From NCBI GenBank assembly GCA_041753155.1, contig JBGSVA010000004.1, positions 2,883 to 66,882 of the forward strand: DNA of 64,000 bases. The letters run 5' to 3'. Below the pieces are notes generated by a model, which was not told where the DNA came from, did no database searches, and worked only from the letters and a program-made list of their open reading frames with translations. A program made the translations under genes and the position numbers. Below, one piece after another: positions 39,003-48,166 of the stretch (position 1 is its first letter; every line of letters begins with the position of its first letter). Origin of the DNA: Thermodesulfobacteriota bacterium (lineage in GTDB: Bacteria; Desulfobacterota_D; UBA1144; Nemesobacterales; UBA2774).

Positions 39003-40223
39003 ATGGCGGAAATAACACGGAGTAAGACCAGGGTCAGAGGTTTCGAGAACGATGAAATGGACTTTCAGCTCATGCGGCAATTGGGCTCCGCGTCGTTCGG
39101 AGGGGCGTCTGTCGGCGAATGCCTCTCTGCCGCAGCGCGCATAAAGGACGGAGACCCGGTAAGCTGGGTGGACGAATTCACGAAGCTCGCCCAGTGGGAG
39201 CAGAAGGACGCGCACAAGCGCGCATCCAAGGGACACACTACGAGCGCCCGCGACCTGTTCTTAAAGGCCTCGAACTCCTTCCGCGCGGCCGAGTATTACA
39301 CCAGCCCCCTCGACCCCAGGCACAGGGACCTAGGTGTAAAATCCCGCGACTGCTTCATCGAAGCCATGAAGTACGTCTGGCATACGTTCGAGGAAACGAT
39401 GCTTACATATAAGAACATCGACCTCCCCGTCTATGTCATGACCCCCAGCCCGGAGGCGCAGAAGAGGAAGACCCTTCTCATCGTGAGCGGCTTCGACGGA
39501 ACGCTCGAAGAGGAATACCTGATGCACGGATACCCCGCCCTCGAGAGGGGATACAACGTCGTCCACTACGCAGGGCCCGGACAGATGGACCTTTACAGAT
39601 TTTTTACGAACACGCATTTCGAGCCCGATTTCGAGAACGTCACAAAAACTGTAATAGATTTTATTATCGACAGGCCGGAGGTAGACCCCGCAAGGCTCGC
39701 CCTCATGGGAATAAGTGTAGGCGGATACTTCTCCACGAGGTCTGCAGCGCACGAGCCAAGAATAAAAGCCCTCATCCCGAATTCCCCTATATTAAACCTG
39801 CACGATTACCTGAGCGCCTTTATCGGATACGACCCCGCGGAGATACCGGACGAGCAGAATTTCACGGTGGAGGATATACCCAATATACCCGACGAAGTTT
39901 TTCCACCCGAAGCGAAATCGAGGACGACGAACCTGATTGTGCGATACGGACAGACTACGTTCAGGGACACGTTTATCTATTTGAGGGAATTCGCCGTAGG
40001 CGACGCAGTAAAGAACATCAAATGCCCCTGCCTTGCGCTCGTGGGCTCGGGCGAGGGCGGAGAGCCCGAGAAGCAATTTAACGAGTTCGCCGAAAAAGTC
40101 CCGGGTCCCGTAACGAAATACCAGTTCACGGAATTCGAAGGGGCCGACACGCACTGTCAGGTAGGGAACCCGTCCTACGCAGCTGCCGTCGCTCTTGACT
40201 GGTTGGACGATACTCTGGACTAA
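39003..40223 (+). CDS. Alpha/beta hydrolase (FrsA / 2,6-dihydroxypseudooxynicotine hydrolase-like)
   Basis: GFDGTLEE, GPGQ, nucleophile GISVGG, GADTHCQ; start moved to MAEITR. Confidence 0.85.
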   Translation: MAEITRSKTRVRGFENDEMDFQLMRQLGSASFGGASVGECLSAAARIKDGDPVSWVDEFTKLAQWEQKDAHKRASKGHTTSARDLFLKASNSFRAAEYYTSPLDPRHRDLGVKSRDCFIEAMKYVWHTFEETMLTYKNIDLPVYVMTPSPEAQKRKTLLIVSGFDGTLEEEYLMHGYPALERGYNVVHYAGPGQMDLYRFFTNTHFEPDFENVTKTVIDFIIDRPEVDPARLALMGISVGGYFSTRSAAHEPRIKALIPNSPILNLHDYLSAFIGYDPAEIPDEQNFTVEDIPNIPDEVFPPEAKSRTTNLIVRYGQTTFRDTFIYLREFAVGDAVKNIKCPCLALVGSGEGGEPEKQFNEFAEKVPGPVTKYQFTEFEGADTHCQVGNPSYAAAVALDWLDDTLD

Positions 40224-40360
40224 AAATAAGCAAAGGAGTTCTCAACGAGCCTGAGTGAAAGTTCCAAAGTTCAAACAAAAACGGCAGATTTACTAGTATG
40301 AAAAACCAATTTATACTATTTCTTATCGAGAGTAACGGACAATAGAACCAAGGTAGGATC

Positions 40361-40573
40361 ATGAATAACGTTTATAACGCAGTAATAAAACAAGACGGGG
40401 ATTGGTGGATTGGATGGGTAGAAGAAATTCCCGGCGTCAACTGCCAAGAACCGACACGCGAAGAGTTATTGGAAAGTTTGAAAATAACGCTCGAGGAAGC
40501 GTTGGAGTTTAATAGACAGGACGCTATCGCAGCAGCAGGAGATAAATATCAGGAAGAGCAAATTCCTCTATGA
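40361..40573 (+). CDS. hicB: HicB-family antitoxin (short, no DNA-binding domain)
   Basis: YNAVIKQDGDWWIGWVEEIPGVNCQ..TREELLESL, partial RNase H fold pattern. Confidence 0.85.
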   Translation: MNNVYNAVIKQDGDWWIGWVEEIPGVNCQEPTREELLESLKITLEEALEFNRQDAIAAAGDKYQEEQIPL

Positions 40574-40758
40574 AGCGGGATCAGTTAGTCCGCTATCTGC
40601 GAACAAACGACTGCATCCTGCTTAGAGAAGGCGGACGGCATTCCTGGTGGTTCAACCCCACGCTAAATAAGAGATCAGCTGTTCCAAGACACACGGAAAT
40701 AAGTGACATTCTTGCAAAGAAAATCTGTAAAGACCTTGGGATCCCGCCTATTAAATAG
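40570..40758 (+). CDS. hicA: HicA-family toxin
   Basis: LREGGRHSWW...AVPRHTEI...LAKKICKDLGI; ATGA overlap with hicB. Confidence 0.88.
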   Translation: MKRDQLVRYLRTNDCILLREGGRHSWWFNPTLNKRSAVPRHTEISDILAKKICKDLGIPPIK

Positions 40759-40839
40759 AAAGATTCAACTAGGAGTCGTTAAATTCAAACAATACAAATA
40801 CGGGATGAGTGAATTCTATATGTATCCGGACATACCCCT

Positions 40840-41685
40840 ATGAGAAAGATCAAACTCACTTCACATACTTATCAAATTATTTTAACTATAATCATCACAT
40901 TATCGAGTTTCCACTTCTCAACTATCACAGGTGCCCAAGCCGATTCGGAGAAAAACATGACCGAGGTCATCAAGCTCGGTAAATGGACGGAGCGAGGCCT
41001 TACCGAAACAGTGACCGAATCCTCTAAACTCGGGGGCGAGAGCATACGGATCAATTTTATATCGGAGAAATTTCTAGGCACGCCATATGTGGGCTCGACA
41101 CTCACCGGGGACGTCAACACTCCCGAGGTCTTTACGATCGACCTCGAGGGCATGGACTGCTTCACGTACATAGATTACGTCGAGGCGATGAGCCTCTCCG
41201 GGTCGTTCCCGGAATTCAAGGACACGCTCAGGAAGATAAGGTACCGTGACGGCGTAATAGCATTCAGGAACAGGAATCATTTCTTCTCCGATTGGCCCAT
41301 TAATAACTATGAATTTGTCGAGGACGTGACTTCCGCTCTGGGCGGAGAAAAAACGATGGAGGTTTCTAAAAACCTGAACCTGAAAAGCGACGGTACATAT
41401 TACCTGCCCGGAATCCCGGTGATAAACAGGACCGTTTACTATATCTCCTCGGACGCACTCGACTCCGCCGTATTGAATAAGCTGATGTCGGGCGACTTCG
41501 TCGGCATATACACCGATAAGGAAGGTCTCGACGTCTCCCATACAGGGATCATAATCAAAAAAGACGGCAAAGTTTTCTTAAGACACGCTTCCTCAAAAGA
41601 AAAGAACCAAAAGGTCGTCGATGAAAATCTCAGCGAATACATGAAAAATAAACCGGGTCTGGTCGTATACAGGCCTGTAAAATAA
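40840..41685 (+). CDS. DUF1460 (AmiA-like, NlpC/P60 fold) peptidoglycan amidase-like protein
   Basis: Signal peptide, FLGTPY..STL, MDCFTYIDYV, RNHFFSDW, GLDVSHTG, RHASS. Confidence 0.85.
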   Translation: MRKIKLTSHTYQIILTIIITLSSFHFSTITGAQADSEKNMTEVIKLGKWTERGLTETVTESSKLGGESIRINFISEKFLGTPYVGSTLTGDVNTPEVFTIDLEGMDCFTYIDYVEAMSLSGSFPEFKDTLRKIRYRDGVIAFRNRNHFFSDWPINNYEFVEDVTSALGGEKTMEVSKNLNLKSDGTYYLPGIPVINRTVYYISSDALDSAVLNKLMSGDFVGIYTDKEGLDVSHTGIIIKKDGKVFLRHASSKEKNQKVVDENLSEYMKNKPGLVVYRPVK

Positions 41686-41695
41686 CGAAATACGA

Positions 41696-42028
41696 ATGAT
41701 ACTCGAACGCCTGAAACCCGATCTGAATACTCCCGAAAAAATCGTAGACGCATACTCGATCTTCTCCTCATGGCTGCTTTCCAATTTTTTATTTTTCTTC
41801 GTAATCTTTTATGCCGTTTACATATCCAAGCGGCTTGGAAGCAACATAGGCTCGAACTCGTTCCTGATAGTCATAATCATCGCCATCGCCTTTCTGTACT
41901 TTTCCAGGAAATTATCCCGCGGCTTTCTGAAAGACCGGTCGGTGAAGGCCAACCATATCGTATTCTACGTAATGTGCGTTATGAATCTGGTCCTCTTGAT
42001 CCGGATAGTACTATTGGCTCTTTCGTAA
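41696..42028 (+). CDS. Small membrane protein
   Basis: Three hydrophobic segments, in line with flanking + strand genes. Confidence 0.55.
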   Translation: MILERLKPDLNTPEKIVDAYSIFSSWLLSNFLFFFVIFYAVYISKRLGSNIGSNSFLIVIIIAIAFLYFSRKLSRGFLKDRSVKANHIVFYVMCVMNLVLLIRIVLLALS

Positions 42029-42099
42029 ACCCTGCACGACAAAGCAGCCAGGGTGTGAGCCGATACATTAATATGAAAACAAAGTGATGGGAGTATAAG

Positions 42100-42765
42100 T
42101 TGAAGCCCGAAGATTTCGTATTGGAAGCGACAGATTATTATTACAAGGGCGAATTCGACCGCGCGATCGATGCGCTCGATAAAGCGATAGAGCTTAAACC
42201 CGATTTTGCGGAAGCCTGGTACAACAAGGGAATAACGTTCTCGGTCATGGGCCGGGTGGAAGAGGAAATAATGGCTTACGATCACGCGTTAGCAATAAAT
42301 CCGCGTTACGCCGAGGCCTGGAACAACAAAGCCTCCTCTCTGGGAAGGCTCGGCAGATACGAGGAGGCGCTCGAAGCGGCCGTAAAAGCGGTAGAGTTGA
42401 ATCCGGGGTTCCCGGTTGCATGGTGCAACAAGGGAGCCGCCCTGAGCGCGCTCGGAAAAGACCTCGAGGCTATCGAGGCATACGACAGGGCCATAGCGAT
42501 ACAGGGGAATTACGTCGAAGCGTGGTATAACAAGGCGGTTTCGCTCCACAATCTGGACAAGCCGAAAGGCGCCCTCAAGGCTTACGACAGGACGCTCGAG
42601 CTCAACCCCGATTACCCGGACGCGCTATATAACCGTGCGGGCCTTCTCTTGAATGCGGGTGAACGCGACAAAGCCGCCTCCGACCTCAAAAGAGCCCTGA
42701 AGCTCGATCCGTCGCTCGGAGAAAAGGCCCTGGCAGATGAGGAGCTAAAGGCTCTCCTCCCTTGA
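42100..42765 (+). CDS. Tetratricopeptide repeat protein
   Basis: Repeated AEAWYNKG...YD.AL..NP 34-aa units. Confidence 0.9.
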   Translation: MKPEDFVLEATDYYYKGEFDRAIDALDKAIELKPDFAEAWYNKGITFSVMGRVEEEIMAYDHALAINPRYAEAWNNKASSLGRLGRYEEALEAAVKAVELNPGFPVAWCNKGAALSALGKDLEAIEAYDRAIAIQGNYVEAWYNKAVSLHNLDKPKGALKAYDRTLELNPDYPDALYNRAGLLLNAGERDKAASDLKRALKLDPSLGEKALADEELKALLP

Positions 42766-42835
42766 TCGAAACTGTTATTTTCGATAAAAAATGCTAATCT
42801 TATAATTCCCACACGATATAGAAAGGAGGCATATA

Positions 42836-43258
42836 ATGGCCCTTAACGCAAAAGAGCTGACAGACCTTTCGAAAGAAAGCATGAAAGCCAGACTCAACGC
42901 AGATAAAATCCTCGATTTTGTTGACGTAATCAATAAAAACGCGGAAGAGCTCGAAGGCGATCTGGTTCAAGCCTCCGAGGCCATAAAGGAGCTCGCCGAC
43001 AAGATAGGCCCATATATAGAAGAAATTAAAGACCAGATAGAAACACAGCTCGACAAGCTCCAGGTCGACCCGGAAGAGGCCAAGGACGCTGCAGAGAAGC
43101 TCCTCCTCTATCACGGAACCATACATCAGGTGATATCATGGGCGGACGTCCAGAAGAACGCGCACAAGCAAAACTCCTACTGGTGGCGTTACTGGGTGGA
43201 CGTGCTCGAGAACGTTATGCAGCTTGAAACGGCGAAGCAGGCGAGCGGGAAGGAATAA
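42836..43258 (+). CDS. Hypothetical helical protein
   Basis: AGGAGG RBS, host-like codons, C-terminal SYWWRYW; no family recognised. Confidence 0.7.
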   Translation: MALNAKELTDLSKESMKARLNADKILDFVDVINKNAEELEGDLVQASEAIKELADKIGPYIEEIKDQIETQLDKLQVDPEEAKDAAEKLLLYHGTIHQVISWADVQKNAHKQNSYWWRYWVDVLENVMQLETAKQASGKE

Positions 43259-43380
43259 CGCTCCATACACCCATTTCATACCAACCTGTCAGCATAAAGT
43301 TATTGCAGTGAACGTTGAATTGGACAAGTCGAATGCGATATAGCCTGTTTAGAACACTTATTCCGCATATCATTTGATAT

Positions 43381-43729
43381 CTATCTCTTAATCTCGAACG
43401 AAATATTTCCAAGCCCTCCGTATCGCGCTTCGTAGCGTCCCGGATTCGCGGGCACAACCTTACCCAGCGCGCCCGTTATGAGAATATTCCCTTTCTCGAT
43501 TTTCCAGCCGTTCCCGAGCACCGAATTCACGAGCCAGAGGAGCGCCTCACGCTGACCGCCCATTGCGTCCGGTCCCCTGCCCCGATAGAGAGTCTCCCCG
43601 CCCGAGATGAGTTCGACTGTGAGACCATCCAGATCGTCGTTGGCGAGCGGCTTTCGCGACTGACGCCGAGATAAACAGGAACAAAAAGGCGAACGCAACC
43701 AATCCAGTGAGTCTATTATTAATTCTCAT
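43381..43729 (-). pseudogene. Internally deleted, frameshifted 2-keto-4-pentenoate hydratase / FAA-hydrolase family gene
   Basis: Signal peptide MRINNRLTGLVAFAFLFLFISASVAKA (from 43729) in one frame; C-terminal hydratase motifs (GRGPDAMGGQ..ALLWLVN, ILITGALG, YEARYGGLG) in another; middle of the protein absent. Confidence 0.6.
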
Positions 43730-44696
43730 TTCGGGAAAAGAAATCCTCCGCAAGCTTAAGCACTTCTTCGGCGCAGCCCCACGATAGCGTAAACCCGGCC
43801 CCGCCGTGGCCGTAGTCGTGAATCAGAGCCCTGCTGCCGGGCAGTTCTTCGAGCTCCAGCCTTACCTCCGTCCTTCCCGGGCGGAGCCCGACCCTATGGT
43901 CGAGAATCTCCGCATCCGCTAACGAGGGCTCGATCGCAATACACTTGTCCAGGATTTTTTCAGAGGTATCCGGGTCTATACTCAGGTCCCAGTCATTCTC
44001 TTCTGCTGTCCCACCGAGAACGCAGTCTTCGTTCCGGGGCATGATGTAGATAGGGGCGAGCTTCCCGGATTCGACGCTGATGATACGCTTGAAGCCAAGA
44101 TTCTTCACGATGACTATCTGCCCGCGGATCGGAAACGCATTTCCGTCATGACATAATTTCCCTGCGCCGAGGCCGGTGCAATTAATGAGTAACGGCAGTT
44201 CTCCCGAGATTTCTTCGAGGGAAGCCGCTTCCCTGTCGAGCTTGTCCAGTACCCCTCCCAACTCTGTAAATCTATTCAGGAGATACCGCATGTATACCGG
44301 GGTCTCTATTCGCGGCACTTCAATGACGAACCCGTCGACGTAGCCCGGAGGAAGCTCTCCCGGCTCTGCCCTTCGGAAAGCGCGTACAGCGGATTTCCAG
44401 AACGGCTCGTCAACTTCCTGATCGAATATCTTGAGCAGAGGGGACATCGAGATGCCGCTCTCGGGGATAAGGCTCAGATCGACGAACTTACCGTACGAAA
44501 ATGCCGCCCAGCCGAGAACCCTGTTTTGAGGCGCGACTTTATAGGGGTACCAGTACGCGGGCGCGACGTTCGAAGTTGTATTCGGGGGGAGCGAGTGGGC
44601 AGCTATCCTGACATCCACCCCCTCCTCCAATAGCCTGACCCCGCATGTGAGACCCGACACCCCGGCGCCCAGTATCATCGCGCTTCTTTCTCTCAT
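43719..44696 (-). CDS. D-amino acid oxidase family FAD oxidoreductase
   Basis: GAGVSG, TTSNVA, INCTGLGA, PIRGQ, GLRPGR, HDYGHGGAG.T.SWGCA. Confidence 0.9.
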   Translation of the reverse strand: MRERSAMILGAGVSGLTCGVRLLEEGVDVRIAAHSLPPNTTSNVAPAYWYPYKVAPQNRVLGWAAFSYGKFVDLSLIPESGISMSPLLKIFDQEVDEPFWKSAVRAFRRAEPGELPPGYVDGFVIEVPRIETPVYMRYLLNRFTELGGVLDKLDREAASLEEISGELPLLINCTGLGAGKLCHDGNAFPIRGQIVIVKNLGFKRIISVESGKLAPIYIMPRNEDCVLGGTAEENDWDLSIDPDTSEKILDKCIAIEPSLADAEILDHRVGLRPGRTEVRLELEELPGSRALIHDYGHGGAGFTLSWGCAEEVLKLAEDFFSRNEN

Positions 44697-44702
44697 ATAC
44701 GG

Positions 44703-45500
44703 CTACGCTCCTGCTCTCGCACGCTTCACCATCTCCACGATCACTTCCCTCGCCTCTTCCTTGCTGCGAGCCTCCCTGATAAAACCGATCCGCCTGCTGA
44801 ACACCTCCGAGCCCGCTCTGAGGCGTACATGGAACCCAAGCCTGTCGATAGACGTCATCGAGGCCTCATCCGCGCCGCCGCCGGTAAACCCCTTCGCGAG
44901 CAATAAGAGCGCGTCACGGTGGTCCTCGTTCATATGCCTGATTATCCCCTGAGAGTCGTCGGCAAGCGGATCGACTCCGGCCCCGTAATAATCGTCCGCG
45001 GTCACCCACCCCATGGCGCCGAAGCCGCCCACGAAATATATATCGGCGATATCCATGCGGTAGAAGAAGAAATCGTCGAAATCGACCCAGTAACTCGCGT
45101 TCCCGTAGCGTGAGAGATAAAGCCCCCTCGCCTCTCCACGCTCGCCCTCGGGGACCTTCGACACCCCGCCGATCAGCGTAACGCGCGACGCGTCGAGCGG
45201 GTCTCCCTGGGAGTCCGTCTGCGATACGAAAAGACTCGCGCGCGGGTCGCGCTCGAGGTTTTGAGTATGCACGGCCATTGTGCTTATAAGGAATATGGGA
45301 CGCCCTTTGCCGTCGAGCCCGTACGGCATGAGCGAGCCGAATGGCGAGCCCGGGTGCTTCTTCGAATTAGTCGAAAGCGTCCCCATTCTGTTCCTGTAAA
45401 CGAGAGTCCTCACCCGCTCCGCATACGAAGGCTCGGGCGCAGGCTCCCGGATTTCCGAAGACGACGTCCATCCGTGCTGTCTCGAAGTGGGTTTGGACAT
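44703..45500 (-). CDS. HugZ-like pyridoxamine 5'-phosphate oxidase fold protein with DUF2470
   Basis: GTLST...PFGS, HTQNL..DPRASL, FVGGFG.MGWV, IIRHMNEDH, IDRLG. Confidence 0.85.
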   Translation of the reverse strand: MSKPTSRQHGWTSSSEIREPAPEPSYAERVRTLVYRNRMGTLSTNSKKHPGSPFGSLMPYGLDGKGRPIFLISTMAVHTQNLERDPRASLFVSQTDSQGDPLDASRVTLIGGVSKVPEGERGEARGLYLSRYGNASYWVDFDDFFFYRMDIADIYFVGGFGAMGWVTADDYYGAGVDPLADDSQGIIRHMNEDHRDALLLLAKGFTGGGADEASMTSIDRLGFHVRLRAGSEVFSRRIGFIREARSKEEAREVIVEMVKRARAGA

Positions 45501-45673
45501 TTTGTTTCTCTCCCGAAGGGTTTCATTTTATGAATAAACTTCAAGCTGCGCTATACAGCCTGCTCTCCCAAGAGCATTCTAAATTATACATCACCGTTTG
45601 AGACGCTTTCTCCGTGACGGCGCAATTCGTTCCACTCCGGAATATTTTTATTATTCGATTATAATATCAGCCC

Positions 45674-46681
45674 ATGGTCAAGTTCATCGATGAAGCGAAG
45701 ATATACGTGAAGTCAGGGGCAGGAGGCAGAGGCTGTGTCAGTTTCAGGAGGGAAAAGTACGTCCCGCGCGGAGGTCCGAACGGGGGCGACGGCGGAAACG
45801 GGGGCGATGTCTTCATGATAACGAACGAAAATATGTCCTCCCTCCTCGACCACAGGTACAAGCAGCACTATAAGGCGAAAAGGGGTGAGCACGGAAAGGG
45901 AAAGGACATGCACGGTAAGAACGCCGACACCCTCTACATCCCCGTGCCTGTGGGAACGATCGCCAGGGACTTCGATACGGGTGAAGTTCTGGGGGACCTT
46001 ACCGAAAAGGACGAAACGCTTCTCGTCGCGAAGGGCGGCAAGGGCGGGAAAGGGAACGCCCGGTTTGCGACGTCGACCAACCAGGCGCCGAAGATAGCCG
46101 AGCCCGGAGGCGAAGGCGAGGAGAGGACACTACGCCTCGAGCTGAAGCTCCTCGCGGACGTGGGCATAATAGGGTTTCCGAACGCCGGGAAATCCACGCT
46201 CATATCCAGGATATCGGCCGCACGGCCGAAGGTCGCCGATTACCCCTTCACGACGCTCGTGCCGAACCTCGGGGTGGTCAGCTACGGGGATGGAAAAACA
46301 TTCGTTGTCGCGGATATACCGGGCATTATTGAAGGCGCTCATGAGGGCGCGGGACTCGGCATCCAGTTCCTGAGACACGTCGAGCGCACGAAGCTCTTGA
46401 TTCACCTGCTCGACCTTTCACCGGCCACCGGGAGGGACCCGCTCGACGATTACGAGACCCTGAACAGGGAGCTCGGAGCTTACAGCATAGAGCTTTCCAA
46501 GAAGCCCCAGATCGTAGCGCCGAATAAGATAGACATTACCGAGGCCAGAGAAAAGCTCGTAGAGGTTAAGAGATATTTCGACAAGAAGGTTATCACGATT
46601 TACCCGGTTTCATCCGCGACGGGAGACGGATTAAAAGAGCTCGTCCTCGCGGCTGTGAAGGAGCTGGAAGGAATGAAATAA
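45674..46681 (+). CDS. obgE: GTPase ObgE/CgtA
   Basis: FRREKYVPRGGPNGGDGG, GFPNAGKST, YPFTTLVP, DIPG, NKID. Confidence 0.97.
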   Translation: MVKFIDEAKIYVKSGAGGRGCVSFRREKYVPRGGPNGGDGGNGGDVFMITNENMSSLLDHRYKQHYKAKRGEHGKGKDMHGKNADTLYIPVPVGTIARDFDTGEVLGDLTEKDETLLVAKGGKGGKGNARFATSTNQAPKIAEPGGEGEERTLRLELKLLADVGIIGFPNAGKSTLISRISAARPKVADYPFTTLVPNLGVVSYGDGKTFVVADIPGIIEGAHEGAGLGIQFLRHVERTKLLIHLLDLSPATGRDPLDDYETLNRELGAYSIELSKKPQIVAPNKIDITEAREKLVEVKRYFDKKVITIYPVSSATGDGLKELVLAAVKELEGMK

Positions 46682-46683
46682 TA

Positions 46684-47823
46684 TTAATATGAGCCAGCAT
46701 CCGGTATATACCCAGTTCTAATTCTATCTGATAAAAGATTCGCGGCATTAACTAGTGAAACCTCGTTATATCTTAAAGCAATTGACTTTGCTTCTTCCAA
46801 TAATCTCTTAGCTTCCTCCGTTTCTCCAAAGTTCCTTAGTTGATTAGCAAAGTTATAATATGTATATGCGATTTCTAACTCATCATTTGCAGAAGCATAT
46901 ATATTTTTTGATAACCTAAAAGCTCTCTTAGCAAGTTGTTTCTCACCTTCAGCCATACCAGCACCAAAAGCCTTAAGATGGATATATCTATGTCCTGCAG
47001 CCACACTTATTTGTCTATAAACAAATCCTAATGCTTTGTAACTGTTAATTTCTTTTGCTAATTTCTCTGCTTCTTTAAAACATTTATCAGATGATTCATA
47101 TAAAGAGTTCAACTTTCTAACAACTTCATCATGTTGCTCTTTTGTAGTCAATGAGATACCAACTTGATTTGCGATTAAATTGCTAGAAGCTGTCTCAAAG
47201 TCGAGGTTCGAAAATTGTATCGATATGAAATTTCCCTTATAAGCAAGTAAAACAGCTTTTTCTTGCTTCGCGTTTATTTCATCCGCAAGCGCGATCCCTT
47301 CATCACATAAGGCTATTAAATCTTCCTCATTATCCTCCTGTGGCATGTACCATTCAGCAAGTAACAGGATAATTTGTATCTGGGCGACCTTATCAGTAGT
47401 TGTATAATATAAAGCTCTTAATCTTGCTTTGTTTTCTAAAGATTGACCGCTTTCAAGAATGTCTAAAACCTTCTTATATTCCTCCAAATTGACCCTAGAT
47501 TGCGATACATCAGAATCAACCTGATCATGTTCCAGTCTGTTTGTCACTTCTGTCAAATTTGCTTCCATTTCTTCTACTTGTTTTTCTAGACTAGTCTTGC
47601 TACTATCCAATATTATTGTGTTATTATTTCCGATAACTATATGACCTTCGGCTTTAAATTTGCCCTTCACATCAAAAGAAGGAGTTTGCTTTTTATCAAA
47701 GAATTTTCTGAAAATCCATTTAAATAGTCCACTAATCCAACCAAAGAAAATTAATAGAATAGGAATAATTATAGTAAGTAGACCTTGATTCTCATTAGCC
47801 CATTTCCCAATATCGTTTAACAT
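46684..47823 (-). CDS. AT-rich hypothetical protein: N-terminal TM helix and TPR-like helical C-terminus
   Basis: 379-aa ORF in a strongly AT-rich block; GLLTIIIPILLIFFGW segment; TPR-like IAYTYYNFANQLRNFGETEEAKRLLEEA. Confidence 0.75.
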   Translation of the reverse strand: MLNDIGKWANENQGLLTIIIPILLIFFGWISGLFKWIFRKFFDKKQTPSFDVKGKFKAEGHIVIGNNNTIILDSSKTSLEKQVEEMEANLTEVTNRLEHDQVDSDVSQSRVNLEEYKKVLDILESGQSLENKARLRALYYTTTDKVAQIQIILLLAEWYMPQEDNEEDLIALCDEGIALADEINAKQEKAVLLAYKGNFISIQFSNLDFETASSNLIANQVGISLTTKEQHDEVVRKLNSLYESSDKCFKEAEKLAKEINSYKALGFVYRQISVAAGHRYIHLKAFGAGMAEGEKQLAKRAFRLSKNIYASANDELEIAYTYYNFANQLRNFGETEEAKRLLEEAKSIALRYNEVSLVNAANLLSDRIRTGYIPDAGSY

Positions 47824-48166
47824 GGTTATTGCTTAGAATCACTCTTGACTAATTTTTTGCTATGATTTCAATTAATTCATTCTATAATAGAATTTATACT
47901 ACTTTCCCCATGATTAAAAACAACTCCTAAAAATAGAATTTAAACCTTATGACATTTTGGCTTACAACGAGTTATTGTTCTTTAATAATCTGAAGTGTTC
48001 AAGGGGGGTTAAGCTATCAGTTTAAATTGATGGTTCAGGAATAGAACTTTTAGTCGTTACTATTGATCTGCAACAACTAGAAAACCTTAGTCCCGAAGAA
48101 TCATTATATTTCTGGTGGAATAGCTGCCAATCTTAATCCAACATGTAAGATCAGATCCGGGCGCTA

